Positions 9,072 to 17,592 of a stretch of DNA of 29,314 nucleotides are shown piece by piece. This stretch comes from a virus. Taxonomy: Duplodnaviria > Caudoviricetes. A program made the translations under genes and the position numbers. The notes beneath the pieces are model-generated. The model was not told the DNA's origin. It saw only the letters and a list, made by a program, of their open reading frames with translations, and did not search any database. The DNA is taken from positions 1 to 29,314 of the IMG/VR virus record IMGVR_UViG_3300028638_000443. The stretch is one strand, 5' to 3'. Position 1 is the stretch's first letter. Each line of letters starts with the position of its first letter.

Positions 9072-11153
9072 TTAAAACTGCTGTATAGCCATTAAACTTG
9101 GAGGCGGTACAGTATCATGTTTGCTCATATCAGGTATTGCTACTTTTCCAAATACCGGAACGAGGAAACTTCTACAGCCAAAATGTCTCGGCGGATAAAT
9201 CAGCTTATATGCTTGGCCGTATGGCGTGAAAGTTCTACCATTCAGCCATTTACAATATTCTGTTGTTGAATTATCTATTGTCGCGACATAAACAAAATAT
9301 GCAATTTCAACTTCTTCAGATTTATAAAATGTCTGTTCGCTGTCGTTAAGAGTTTGAACTACCGCCATGTCTGCCTGTGTTTGAATCTTTTGCGATTTAA
9401 TATATAAATCAACCTTATTGCCTATTTCGGCAATAAGCTCATCAATATCTATGCCGACATCCGGTTTGTTTGCAGTATTCCAAACGATCGCTTCTAATTC
9501 TGTAACCTGCTGTTGTGCAAGGTTCTTAGCTTTGTTTGCTACATAAGATTTAAGGACTTTCGGTACTTTGTTAATATCGCCATCCTCAAGCGTTGTTTTC
9601 GCATTATAGAAGCCTTCTTTCGAGGCATAAGCTTTCGCATCATCCCAGCCTTTTGATACAAGAAACGAAATCTTTTTGAATAAAACGGATTGATAATTAT
9701 TTTTTCCAAACGTTATATTATCGAACAATCCGGCGGTACCATTCTTTTTAAGATAAGCTCTTATGTCGGCAATTGCCTTATCGGCTATAATTCCTAAATT
9801 TGATGTCATTGTCATCTGCATTTCTTTGCTTAATGAATCTATGTCGCCTTTTCTTTTTGTAGGAGAAAAAGCATTTGTTAATTTAACATCTTTAACATTT
9901 GTTATTGTTGCTGTTGGCTGCTGCTCTGCAGGAATATTGGAATTTATTGGAATTACTTCGTCCTCGTCATCTCTCATCTGGAAACCTGTTCTTGTTCTGA
10001 TCTCATCTTCATCTTTTTTTGTAACCTTGACGGCGCCCATTCTGAAATATTCCTTTATAGCTTCCAATTGCTTCAGTGCCAATGTTTTGTTTAACGTCGG
10101 GCATTTTAATTCAGGATATTTATCCTGCTGTCCGAAATTAACGATAACCATTTCCCTCAGCACTTCATTAAACTTTTGTTCGATATAACGACATATTGCC
10201 TCTTCCGCTTCCATGAACATATTGAGCTGTATTTCGCCAACAGAATATGATCCTGTTGAGGTCGTTCCAAGCCCCATAAAATTTGCAAGACCGGTATTTC
10301 TTATTTTTATGCTCCAAGTCTCGTCCGTCTTCGCAAAAAAGTCAGCTGTTATTGCCGGCTGATGTGCCGTAACTTTAAAATTCGGCGGAGTAATTAAATA
10401 TGGGTTTTTGCTTGTTGCTATTTTAGTAAGCGCTGTTTCAACAGCCTTGTACTCTGCATCTTCTTTTTTTAAATTTGCAGGATGCTCAACGTGTATAAAG
10501 CCTGTAGCCTGCTTTGTGCCGGCTATTCTCCATTTGCCTGTATTAAGCTTCTTGTCCTCAAAAGGCTGATAACAAGGACGTATCAGAGAACGGCCCCAAT
10601 AATCATCGCCCTGCTGTTTGTATACGAACATTGCAAGATTGTCAAAAGACATTTCAAGATATTTACCATCTGAATATTGTTTGACAATTCTTTTTTTGAT
10701 GTCGATTTCTTCAATCGTTAGAGGATGTCTAAATTGCAATTCGCAGATTAGATACTGCTTTCCGCCGATCCATTTTTCAACCCAAACTTTTTCGAAATAG
10801 ACAAACCCGTAAATCAACATCAGAAGAATATCTTGTAATATCTTTGAAAATTTATCAGGAGCTTTCTCCCAAAAATAATCATAAAAGAAATTTGCAATAT
10901 CGCGGTCTTTTTGGTCATCTGACTGGCTGCGAATTATCCAATCAGAGCCGATGATAGGCGTGGACGTAACCTGCAGAACCATAGAAACATCTGTATCGTT
11001 TTGCATTTGGTCATACATTCTTACACCACGCGCACATTTAAGCGTTTGTAAATATTCGTTGCTCCCTGCAAAAACATCTAAAGGAAACGATGTACCAACT
11101 GCGACATTATGAGATGTATCAATATTGCTTTCTTTCTTCTCTTCCGGATTCAT
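9072..11153 (-). CDS. Portal protein (DUF935/Mu gp29-like) fused to Mu gpF-like minor head domain
   Basis: Portal motifs YGFVYFEKVW, WGRSLIRPCY, TGSYSVG; C-terminal YVATID..TT.YC..LNG and PPRHFGCRS. Confidence 0.88.
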   Translation of the reverse strand: MNPEEKKESNIDTSHNVAVGTSFPLDVFAGSNEYLQTLKCARGVRMYDQMQNDTDVSMVLQVTSTPIIGSDWIIRSQSDDQKDRDIANFFYDYFWEKAPDKFSKILQDILLMLIYGFVYFEKVWVEKWIGGKQYLICELQFRHPLTIEEIDIKKRIVKQYSDGKYLEMSFDNLAMFVYKQQGDDYWGRSLIRPCYQPFEDKKLNTGKWRIAGTKQATGFIHVEHPANLKKEDAEYKAVETALTKIATSKNPYLITPPNFKVTAHQPAITADFFAKTDETWSIKIRNTGLANFMGLGTTSTGSYSVGEIQLNMFMEAEEAICRYIEQKFNEVLREMVIVNFGQQDKYPELKCPTLNKTLALKQLEAIKEYFRMGAVKVTKKDEDEIRTRTGFQMRDDEDEVIPINSNIPAEQQPTATITNVKDVKLTNAFSPTKRKGDIDSLSKEMQMTMTSNLGIIADKAIADIRAYLKKNGTAGLFDNITFGKNNYQSVLFKKISFLVSKGWDDAKAYASKEGFYNAKTTLEDGDINKVPKVLKSYVANKAKNLAQQQVTELEAIVWNTANKPDVGIDIDELIAEIGNKVDLYIKSQKIQTQADMAVVQTLNDSEQTFYKSEEVEIAYFVYVATIDNSTTEYCKWLNGRTFTPYGQAYKLIYPPRHFGCRSFLVPVFGKVAIPDMSKHDTVPPPSLMAIQQF

Positions 11154-12766
11154 TAAATTGCTCCTTTGTAAATATCATCTTCTATGTTCGATCCGCCCGA
11201 CGACACAGAAAGATTTGCGTCTTCATCTTCGCGGCTCATTGCTATCGTCGCAAAGTTGTCAGCGTGGCGAAAATGGTCAGCTCCGAGCTTTACCCAGACA
11301 TTTCTCTTTTTGCCGGTTTCTTTGTTTTCTTCTTCTTTTTTTGCCGTGTTATAACAGTGGATTGCATACTCTTCGGATACATCTGTAAACGGCAACATTA
11401 TTTCGCCGTTAAGAATAAGCTCATGCGAAGCGTCCATTGAATCAGTCCTATTTTCTTGCACGATGTATTCATCATTTTTTATATCTTCTTTCCAGTTATA
11501 AGCTGTTTTCTGGTCGGTATAATAATTAATATATACTTTGCCCGGGAAACGTTTAGATAACTCTTTTGCTTTTCTTGTTTCAGGCAATGCGTCAATTACG
11601 CAACGCATAACGCCACGTTTGATATATTTGTCTAAATCTTCGAATTCTACCTCTACTATTGGATATGTTAATATGATATCGTTCCACCTGCGTTTGAATA
11701 CGCAGTGTAAATCTTTTCCTTGGTCAACTCCCATGTACAAAGGAGAGGTCAATTCCCAGAAGTTTTTTGGAAATTCGTTTGATCTCAATTTCAAAACTTG
11801 TTCTTTCGTTAATCTATCTTTTGCTGATACATAAGCAAGCCCTAAGACTAATCTCGTAAACGTGGCAATCTTGCCTTCTTTAAGCGCTTTATGATATTTA
11901 GTGTATATTTCTTTCGGCGTAACATTCTTAGAAAATAATTGCGAATATTGATATCCCGAAACATCTTTATTTCGCGGCATTTTCGCGACCCATTCTCCTG
12001 CGCATTTATCTAATTCTTTGCGGCATTTCTTACACGCGAGGATATAAGTGTCGCCTTTCGGTAAGATACATTTCGGGAACGTTTCTTCGAGGCAGTTCCA
12101 TTCTCCGCAATGCGGACATTTAAGCAGCCAATGCTTTTGGTCTGATGTTATAAATTCTTTATCGATTCCGTATTCCGGGAACGTCGGATTGCTTAAAAAT
12201 TCTTTATATTTTAGTGTCGAATCGCCTAATCTTTCGTGTGCCATTTCTACTATTTCAGGAGACATTTCATCTAATTCATCGTAAATATTTTTATCGGAAG
12301 GGACAGACTTTACTCTAGATTTTGATTTCATTCCTCTGAAATAAATAAAGCGTTTGCCGACTCTTTTCATTCCTACTGTGTCGGTATCATTTATAACATT
12401 TGCTATCATTGAATTGTTTTCGATAATCGGAGCAACACGTCCTCTTGAAAAGTCGTTAACGTCTGTTTCTGTCGGGAAGAAATATATGCACCCTTTCGGA
12501 TATTTATTGTACATACAGGCGTGTATCGCAGAGAATAACGCTTTTGTTGTTATTCCTACCTGCGTACACTTCTTGTGTACTTGATAAGCAGAATTGTCGA
12601 GGTAAGGCTGTAATAGATAATTTCTTCCGGCAAAAGAAAACTTTTCGCCGGTTTCAGTATATGCAAAAGCCGTCATAAAGAATCGCAGACTAGTCTCTGC
12701 CATTGCGAGCTTCTGCGCTAACGATAAACTCTGCAAGCTGAGACAATCTGTCATTTGGGATTGCAC
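11153..12766 (-). CDS. terL: Terminase large subunit, lambda GpA-like
   Basis: KCTQVGIT Walker A variant, FFPT, YDELD Walker B, SNPT, CPHC..CKKC, MGVDQG nuclease motif; GTG start with AGGAGAGG RBS (ATG 12703 is an alternative start). Confidence 0.92.
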   Translation of the reverse strand: MQSQMTDCLSLQSLSLAQKLAMAETSLRFFMTAFAYTETGEKFSFAGRNYLLQPYLDNSAYQVHKKCTQVGITTKALFSAIHACMYNKYPKGCIYFFPTETDVNDFSRGRVAPIIENNSMIANVINDTDTVGMKRVGKRFIYFRGMKSKSRVKSVPSDKNIYDELDEMSPEIVEMAHERLGDSTLKYKEFLSNPTFPEYGIDKEFITSDQKHWLLKCPHCGEWNCLEETFPKCILPKGDTYILACKKCRKELDKCAGEWVAKMPRNKDVSGYQYSQLFSKNVTPKEIYTKYHKALKEGKIATFTRLVLGLAYVSAKDRLTKEQVLKLRSNEFPKNFWELTSPLYMGVDQGKDLHCVFKRRWNDIILTYPIVEVEFEDLDKYIKRGVMRCVIDALPETRKAKELSKRFPGKVYINYYTDQKTAYNWKEDIKNDEYIVQENRTDSMDASHELILNGEIMLPFTDVSEEYAIHCYNTAKKEEENKETGKKRNVWVKLGADHFRHADNFATIAMSREDEDANLSVSSGGSNIEDDIYKGAI

Positions 12767-13253
12767 GCTTTACCTCTCCTATATCTACATTAAGATTTTC
12801 GTTTCTGTTATCTGTTTCAAATTTATCTTTGTAGCCGTGATTGTTTTTAAGGATAAAAATTGTAATTGTCGGGTTTCCTACGCCCTTAAAACCTAAATCA
12901 ACAAGCTTTGCTTCCTGCATTGTGTCTGCAACTTTTGCCATTTCGCTTAATTCGCTGTTCATATCGTAATGTTCTACGAGATATGTCAATGTGCTTTTGT
13001 GTAAGCCTTTCTCTGATAAAAAACTTACAATAAAAATATTTTGTAAGTCGGCTCTCATCCATTCAATTAATTCAGTAAAGAGCTTTTTCGCTTTTTCGAA
13101 GTCCCAAACTTTAGCGTTGTCATTGTCTTTCATCTTTTTTACAGCTTCAGGACTTTTCTTTTTCCCTTTCAGCGCCCGGGAGATTTTATTCTTTGCTTCT
13201 TTAGTGTGCTTTTGTGTGTGTCTTGCAACTTTCTTTTTACTTTTCTTTTTCAT
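12690..13253 (-). CDS. terS: Terminase small subunit with N-terminal NUMOD3-like motifs
   Basis: Directly upstream of terL; IFILKNNHGYKDK motif of P22 gp3-like TerS; HTKEAKNKIS..LKGKKKSPE. Confidence 0.75.
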   Translation of the reverse strand: MKKKSKKKVARHTQKHTKEAKNKISRALKGKKKSPEAVKKMKDNDNAKVWDFEKAKKLFTELIEWMRADLQNIFIVSFLSEKGLHKSTLTYLVEHYDMNSELSEMAKVADTMQEAKLVDLGFKGVGNPTITIFILKNNHGYKDKFETDNRNENLNVDIGEVKRAIPNDRLSQLAEFIVSAEARNGRD

Positions 13254-13254
13254 T

Positions 13255-13824
13255 TTAAACGCCTTTTATCGGGACTCTTATTACAGGGTTGTAGTCTTCC
13301 ATCTTTCGGCCTTTAATGCTTTTATGGGAACGATCCGCACAAGAGTCCCTTTTAACAATGTTAGAGCCCCACTTCTTTTGCAATTCCACAAATTGAGATT
13401 CTTCGGTTTCTGCATTTCGGTAACAAGCACAACCTCCGGCTTGCTGGCTCTGTTTAGCTTCGTAGAAATATCTGTTAATACGCAATACTCTGCGATATTT
13501 GTTTAAATTTTGAATTGTGAAGTCATAATCTTCTTTAAGTGGTAATCTCTCGTCAAAACGGCATTTATTGCTTTTAAGGACTGCTTGAAAAGGGCCTCCG
13601 ATAAAATTCAAAAAGGAGAAAGGAAGGTTTTCCCTATAACACTGTTTGTCAGGATTAATATTTATGCCCCAAAAATGAGCGCTGCCTAAACTCTTCAAGC
13701 TTTCTTTCAACGTTTGCATCTTAAGCGCATTAGCAATGCGGATATTATCTTTATACGGTTTCAAATCTTTAAGTTTTCTTACTTCATACTGCCACTTTAT
13801 GCCATATTCTTTTTTAGTTTTCAT
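13255..13824 (-). CDS. Chimera: ParB-like N-terminal fragment + C-terminal half of a TET-associated/GREB1-like glycosyltransferase (possible deletion remnant)
   Basis: ATG 13824 with GGAG RBS; LKDLKPYKDNIR...LKESLKSLG then HFWGIN, PFS, RFDERL.LKEDYDF, GGC..YR, LQKKWG. Confidence 0.65.
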   Translation of the reverse strand: MKTKKEYGIKWQYEVRKLKDLKPYKDNIRIANALKMQTLKESLKSLGSAHFWGININPDKQCYRENLPFSFLNFIGGPFQAVLKSNKCRFDERLPLKEDYDFTIQNLNKYRRVLRINRYFYEAKQSQQAGGCACYRNAETEESQFVELQKKWGSNIVKRDSCADRSHKSIKGRKMEDYNPVIRVPIKGV

Positions 13825-13857
13825 TTTAATGCTCCGAAAACAAAAGATTTTTGACAT

Positions 13858-13899
13858 AAAAAAAGACGCAAAAAAGAAATTAATCCTTTTGCGTTTTTT
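13858..13899 (-). terminator. Intrinsic terminator 2 in the late leader
   Basis: ACGCAAAAGGA-TTAATT-TCTTTTTTGCGT followed by CTTTTTTT. Confidence 0.65.
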
Positions 13900-13929
13900 G
13901 TTGACGACAATATTAAGTTTTTAGTACAT

Positions 13930-13981
13930 AAAAAAAACAATGGCATTTTACAGGTTTTCCTTAGTCCCGTTTGCCATTGTT
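13930..13981 (-). terminator. Intrinsic terminator 1 in the late leader
   Basis: AACAATGGCA...TGCCATTGTT outer stem, inner ACGGG/CCTGT stem, then U-tract. Confidence 0.7.
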
Positions 13982-14001
13982 ATAATTACTTTCTAATTTC
14001 G

Positions 14002-14030
14002 CTTATAGCACAGTTTTACAAATATGTCAA
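14002..14030 (-). promoter_or_regulatory. Sigma70-type late promoter (pR'-like)
   Basis: TTGACA-17 bp-TATAAG with extended -10 TG, in the only long gap before the packaging genes. Confidence 0.8.
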
Positions 14031-14035
14031 GAGCT

Positions 14036-14422
14036 TTATTCAATAAGCTCTGAATCTGTCCTCTTCACGACTTGTTCAATAAGACTTTGCCATTTCTGAT
14101 GACCGATAACATTTCGGCCGCTTTGCTCATCAAGCGACAATTGCTCCTGCTGCTCTTTTTCTATCTGCTTTATCTTAATACTTTTTGCCGTCGACAAAAT
14201 CAGCGCTGTTTTAATTGTGATTTCTTCCTGCGTCATCTGCAGGCTGCGGATTGCCTGCGCTATTATTCCGGGATCAAACGGGCTGGCCTGCAATATTTCC
14301 ATGAAAGTTATCAGCGTTTTTTCGCCAAGATTTTTGCCGTTGGCCGTAAATAATCGGCCGAGTTCTTCAGCTATTATTTTTTTCTCTTCAAAATTCCATT
14401 TTTTGATAATCTGTCCGCTCAC
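14036..14422 (-). CDS. Hypothetical replication-module protein (possible helicase loader/inhibitor)
   Basis: GTG start with GGAGG RBS; follows the initiator gene; function from position only. Confidence 0.5.
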   Translation of the reverse strand: MSGQIIKKWNFEEKKIIAEELGRLFTANGKNLGEKTLITFMEILQASPFDPGIIAQAIRSLQMTQEEITIKTALILSTAKSIKIKQIEKEQQEQLSLDEQSGRNVIGHQKWQSLIEQVVKRTDSELIE

Positions 14423-14433
14423 AGTTTTCCTCC

Positions 14434-15291
14434 TTAAATTCTTTCCAAAATTTTTGTTCTCGCAAGATTTTTCTTTTCTTCGGCCGTTAAATACGGCGTT
14501 AGCGCATTATAATTTTTGACTAATACTCCTATCGAAAAGCTCGAAAGACCGTCGACAAACCAAACCGGCTTTTTGTTTGAAACTGCAGCCTCTTTACAAA
14601 GCCTTTCCAAAATGTCGATTTTTACCAACAACTCTTTTTCGTCTGTGTGTTTTAACAAGTCGGCGACTTCTATAAAATCCGTTTTCCTTGCAACATATCG
14701 CATTTTCGTCAGCTGTTCATACTTCTGCGAAAATATTTCTATCGCTTGTTGTTGAGGCAGGAGTTTTTTCTCTTTTACTTCTTCCGGAAAAAGTTCTTCA
14801 AGTTCAATTTCCTGGCCGGCGGATTTTGGCCGGCTATTTCTTTTGTCTTTAATTCTTTTATCATTATCATCTACATTATCATTAACATCATCATATACAT
14901 TATCAGTTATGTTTGTTATGCTTTGATATCGTTTGTTATCGTTTGTTATGTCTTGATAACACTTGTTATTTTTGTTATTTTTTTCTTCATTATCAATACT
15001 TATTCTTTCTTTTTTACTTTCGTTTTCTTCTTTTTTCCATCTCTTTGTCATGCCGATTTTTCCCGCTTCGGCACGTTTTTTAATAACTTCTTCATATCTT
15101 TTATTATCTCTGTCTAATTGCGATTTAATAAATTCAAAAGCGATTCTAACATCCGTAGCAAGTGCTATAACTTCGCCTGTTTCGTTGTATATAAAGATCG
15201 CCCGGAGCAATATTCCCAGCTGTTCATCTGCCAGACTCTTAAGTATTTCATAATAATTTTGGTACAGTATAAAACTTTCTTTTTTTGCCAT
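14434..15291 (-). CDS. DUF6291-domain phage replication protein (putative initiator)
   Basis: SFILY....L..L.DEQLG.L.RAIF.Y...G...AF.FIK.Q.DRD..RY....R.EAG..G...RW; internal DNA repeats. Confidence 0.8.
   Translation of the reverse strand: MAKKESFILYQNYYEILKSLADEQLGILLRAIFIYNETGEVIALATDVRIAFEFIKSQLDRDNKRYEEVIKKRAEAGKIGMTKRWKKEENESKKERISIDNEEKNNKNNKCYQDITNDNKRYQSITNITDNVYDDVNDNVDDNDKRIKDKRNSRPKSAGQEIELEELFPEEVKEKKLLPQQQAIEIFSQKYEQLTKMRYVARKTDFIEVADLLKHTDEKELLVKIDILERLCKEAAVSNKKPVWFVDGLSSFSIGVLVKNYNALTPYLTAEEKKNLARTKILERI
14861..14980. repeat. Iteron-like tandem repeats, putative replication origin
   Basis: Four 12-bp units (ACATTATCATNN-like, 14861-14908), then about seven 10-bp units (GTTTGTTATS-like, 14911-14980). 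Confidence 0.7.
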
Positions 15292-15295
15292 AATT

Positions 15296-16072
15296 TTAAG
15301 CTCCCATTTTTAAGAAAATCTGTTTATCGTTCATCATTTCAAGCAGTATTTTTTTAATTTTTTCCTGCCCGTCTTCATCATTTTGCCGGCCGAATCTTCG
15401 AATAATATTTGATATATACGCTACCGGCGTAATCCATGTTTCCCAAACTTCCAAAGATAAGGTATTTCCATTGTTAAATACTCCGCAATAACCTAACAAG
15501 CTCATCTGCAGGTATGCCATCTTTACGCAAAGAGAATCTATATCCGTTGCTACAAATATGATGTTTTTTTGCAATTGGCTTTTATACTCTTCCGGGCAAG
15601 ATTCGTTTATGGCGTTAACAACCGCAATAAGTAAAGAGCCGGCGCCGCATGCAGGTTCGCATATTGATATTATTCTTCCGGAAGAAACTTCTTCTATTAT
15701 TTTCGGAATATTTATTTGCATTTTTGCGATCATATCCGATAAATGGAACGGCGTGAAGAATTGGCCAACGTGCTTATTTGAGGCTTCAAGACTTTCGTAT
15801 ACTTCGCCGAGAAAATCTTTTACTTCGAACTCTAAGCCTTCAACTAAAATTGCCATATTGGCCGTAAACAGCTCAATTTCTTCTTTTGAATACTTTCCTA
15901 TAATCCGCATATATTCTGCTTCTCTACGGTCAAAATTGGAAGAATCTACGCCGTTTGCCATTGCTATTGCCATACAAGAAACATTATCCGCGAAAATATC
16001 GCGTTGGCTTATGCCTCGTGCCGATATCTTTTCTATATTTTTCTTAAATTTGTTTTGGTATTCATTTAGCAT
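15296..16072 (-). CDS. N6-adenine methyltransferase-like SAM-binding protein lacking the NPPY/F motif
   Basis: GQFFTP, EPACGAGSLL, ATDID, GNTL present; protein ends without motif IV. Confidence 0.8.
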   Translation of the reverse strand: MLNEYQNKFKKNIEKISARGISQRDIFADNVSCMAIAMANGVDSSNFDRREAEYMRIIGKYSKEEIELFTANMAILVEGLEFEVKDFLGEVYESLEASNKHVGQFFTPFHLSDMIAKMQINIPKIIEEVSSGRIISICEPACGAGSLLIAVVNAINESCPEEYKSQLQKNIIFVATDIDSLCVKMAYLQMSLLGYCGVFNNGNTLSLEVWETWITPVAYISNIIRRFGRQNDEDGQEKIKKILLEMMNDKQIFLKMGA

Positions 16073-16083
16073 TTTTTTCTCTT

Positions 16084-16707
16084 TTAAAAAGGGATTTCTT
16101 CTTCTGTTTCAAAAAGGTTTTCATCTGTCTTGGATAATTCGAATTTAAACATTGTTTTTATCTTTCCTAAACACATTTTTGTTGCTTTAATGTCTGCCAT
16201 TGCATCGTGAGCGTTTTCAATATTTATATCTAAAACATTGCATATATCACAGAGCTTTAATGTCGGAGTATCTATAAATCCCCATGCTCTAAACGCCGAA
16301 GCTAAAACAAGCAGATCTATGCAATACCAATAAAAAAACGAGCCGAGGTATTTATCTCCGCATTTTTTAGCCCATGAATGTAAAAAATCAAGGTCGAATT
16401 TTACATTTTGTCCGGCAACATAAAACTTATCGTTTTTATTAAATTTATCGACATATTTTGAAAGTATTGATATAAATTTTTTGTACGTATCTTGAGGTTT
16501 AGGATATGTTTTTAACTCTTCAATAGTACGTCCTTGAATATCAAGAGCTTCTTGCGAAACATTTTCCCAATTAAAAGGCTGGCATTTAAGGTTAAAACTC
16601 TCTTTCTCTTCGCCATCTATCTCGATAATTCCTGCTATCTGAATAATATCGTTTTTATCTTTGTCTAAACCCGTTGTTTCTGTATCTAAATAAATTATTT
16701 TTGACAT
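16084..16707 (-). CDS. DEDDh (DnaQ-like) 3'-5' exonuclease
   Basis: LDTETTGL, GQNVKFD, AHDAMADI. Confidence 0.92.
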   Translation of the reverse strand: MSKIIYLDTETTGLDKDKNDIIQIAGIIEIDGEEKESFNLKCQPFNWENVSQEALDIQGRTIEELKTYPKPQDTYKKFISILSKYVDKFNKNDKFYVAGQNVKFDLDFLHSWAKKCGDKYLGSFFYWYCIDLLVLASAFRAWGFIDTPTLKLCDICNVLDINIENAHDAMADIKATKMCLGKIKTMFKFELSKTDENLFETEEEIPF

Positions 16708-17141
16708 TTCTGAGCCTCCCTAAAAAGATTATCTGCAACTGCTTTGGCTTGTTTTAACATCAATTTAAAAGCATCTATATGTCTTAATGTATTATCGTTT
16801 TTTGCTTTTTCCAAAGGCATTGATAAAGAAACTTTTGAACAGCTATATATAATCTCTTCAAGCTCCTTAACATACTGTTCTTTTGTTTTGCCTTTCTCCG
16901 TATTATGAGGGCAAGTTATTTCGCAAGATTTCCAATCATATTCACAGCCTGTACATTCTTTTGGTTTTTTTACTTGTAAAATTATAAATCTATCTTCTTC
17001 GCTTTTGATTTCTTCTTTTGATTGTTTTTCAAATTCATTTACAAAATCTTCATATCCGCAATCATCGCATTTTACGGCAACATCAAGCGTATTGTTTGGG
17101 ACTTCTGTTATCTTAGAACTTCCGCATTTTGGACAATTCAT
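16695..17141 (-). CDS. Cys-rich (zinc-binding) hypothetical protein
   Basis: CPKC...CDDC and CTGC...C...CP clusters; overlaps both neighbours. Confidence 0.65.
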   Translation of the reverse strand: MNCPKCGSSKITEVPNNTLDVAVKCDDCGYEDFVNEFEKQSKEEIKSEEDRFIILQVKKPKECTGCEYDWKSCEITCPHNTEKGKTKEQYVKELEEIIYSCSKVSLSMPLEKAKNDNTLRHIDAFKLMLKQAKAVADNLFREAQKCQK

Positions 17142-17578
17142 TTTTCCTCCAGTAATTCAGTCTTGTCATGGATGTCTCCGATGATTTTAACTTCGTAATC
17201 GCCAATATTATTTTCAACGCCGCTTTTGTGTAAATAGATGTATGCTGCCTTTCTTTGAGACCATTTAACCAACATAGTTCGTTTAAAAGGAGTGATTACT
17301 ATATCTCCCTCATAAATCAACCTTTTATTTTCATCTGTTTTGCCAGTACACATACCTACTGTCTCGGGCAAGACCTCAATACAAATAATTCCTCTAGGCA
17401 TATTCCAATCGCTGAAATCGTCCTGGATAATTATATGTCGATAATCTTTTTCTTTTTTTTCTTCTTCTTTTTGATTTCTTATAGGAGAAGGAGTATAAGG
17501 CAAATGCTTATGATAAGCTCCATAAACCCATTTGCCGTTCGCCGTTTTTCCTCTAGCTAAAAATCTGTCGTTATTCAT
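17138..17578 (-). CDS. YopX family protein
   Basis: RGK...GKWVYG, TVG..TG..D.N...IYEGDIV, IIGDIHD..ELLE; start moved to ATG 17578. Confidence 0.88.
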   Translation of the reverse strand: MNNDRFLARGKTANGKWVYGAYHKHLPYTPSPIRNQKEEEKKEKDYRHIIIQDDFSDWNMPRGIICIEVLPETVGMCTGKTDENKRLIYEGDIVITPFKRTMLVKWSQRKAAYIYLHKSGVENNIGDYEVKIIGDIHDKTELLEEK

Positions 17579-17592
17579 TTTATTCATTCCTT

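Noticed and set aside
5271-11153. Mu-like transposable phage
   Set aside because: Head genes are Mu-like, but no MuA/MuB is present and a tyrosine integrase is
13885-13981. c-di-GMP-I riboswitch-like words (GGCAAAC, GAAA, ACGCAAA) in the late leader
   Set aside because: Spacing and stems do not fit and a terminator separates the words; an Rfam scan would settle it
14861-14980. Possible CRISPR array
   Set aside because: 10-12 bp units without spacers, inside a CDS; no cas genes
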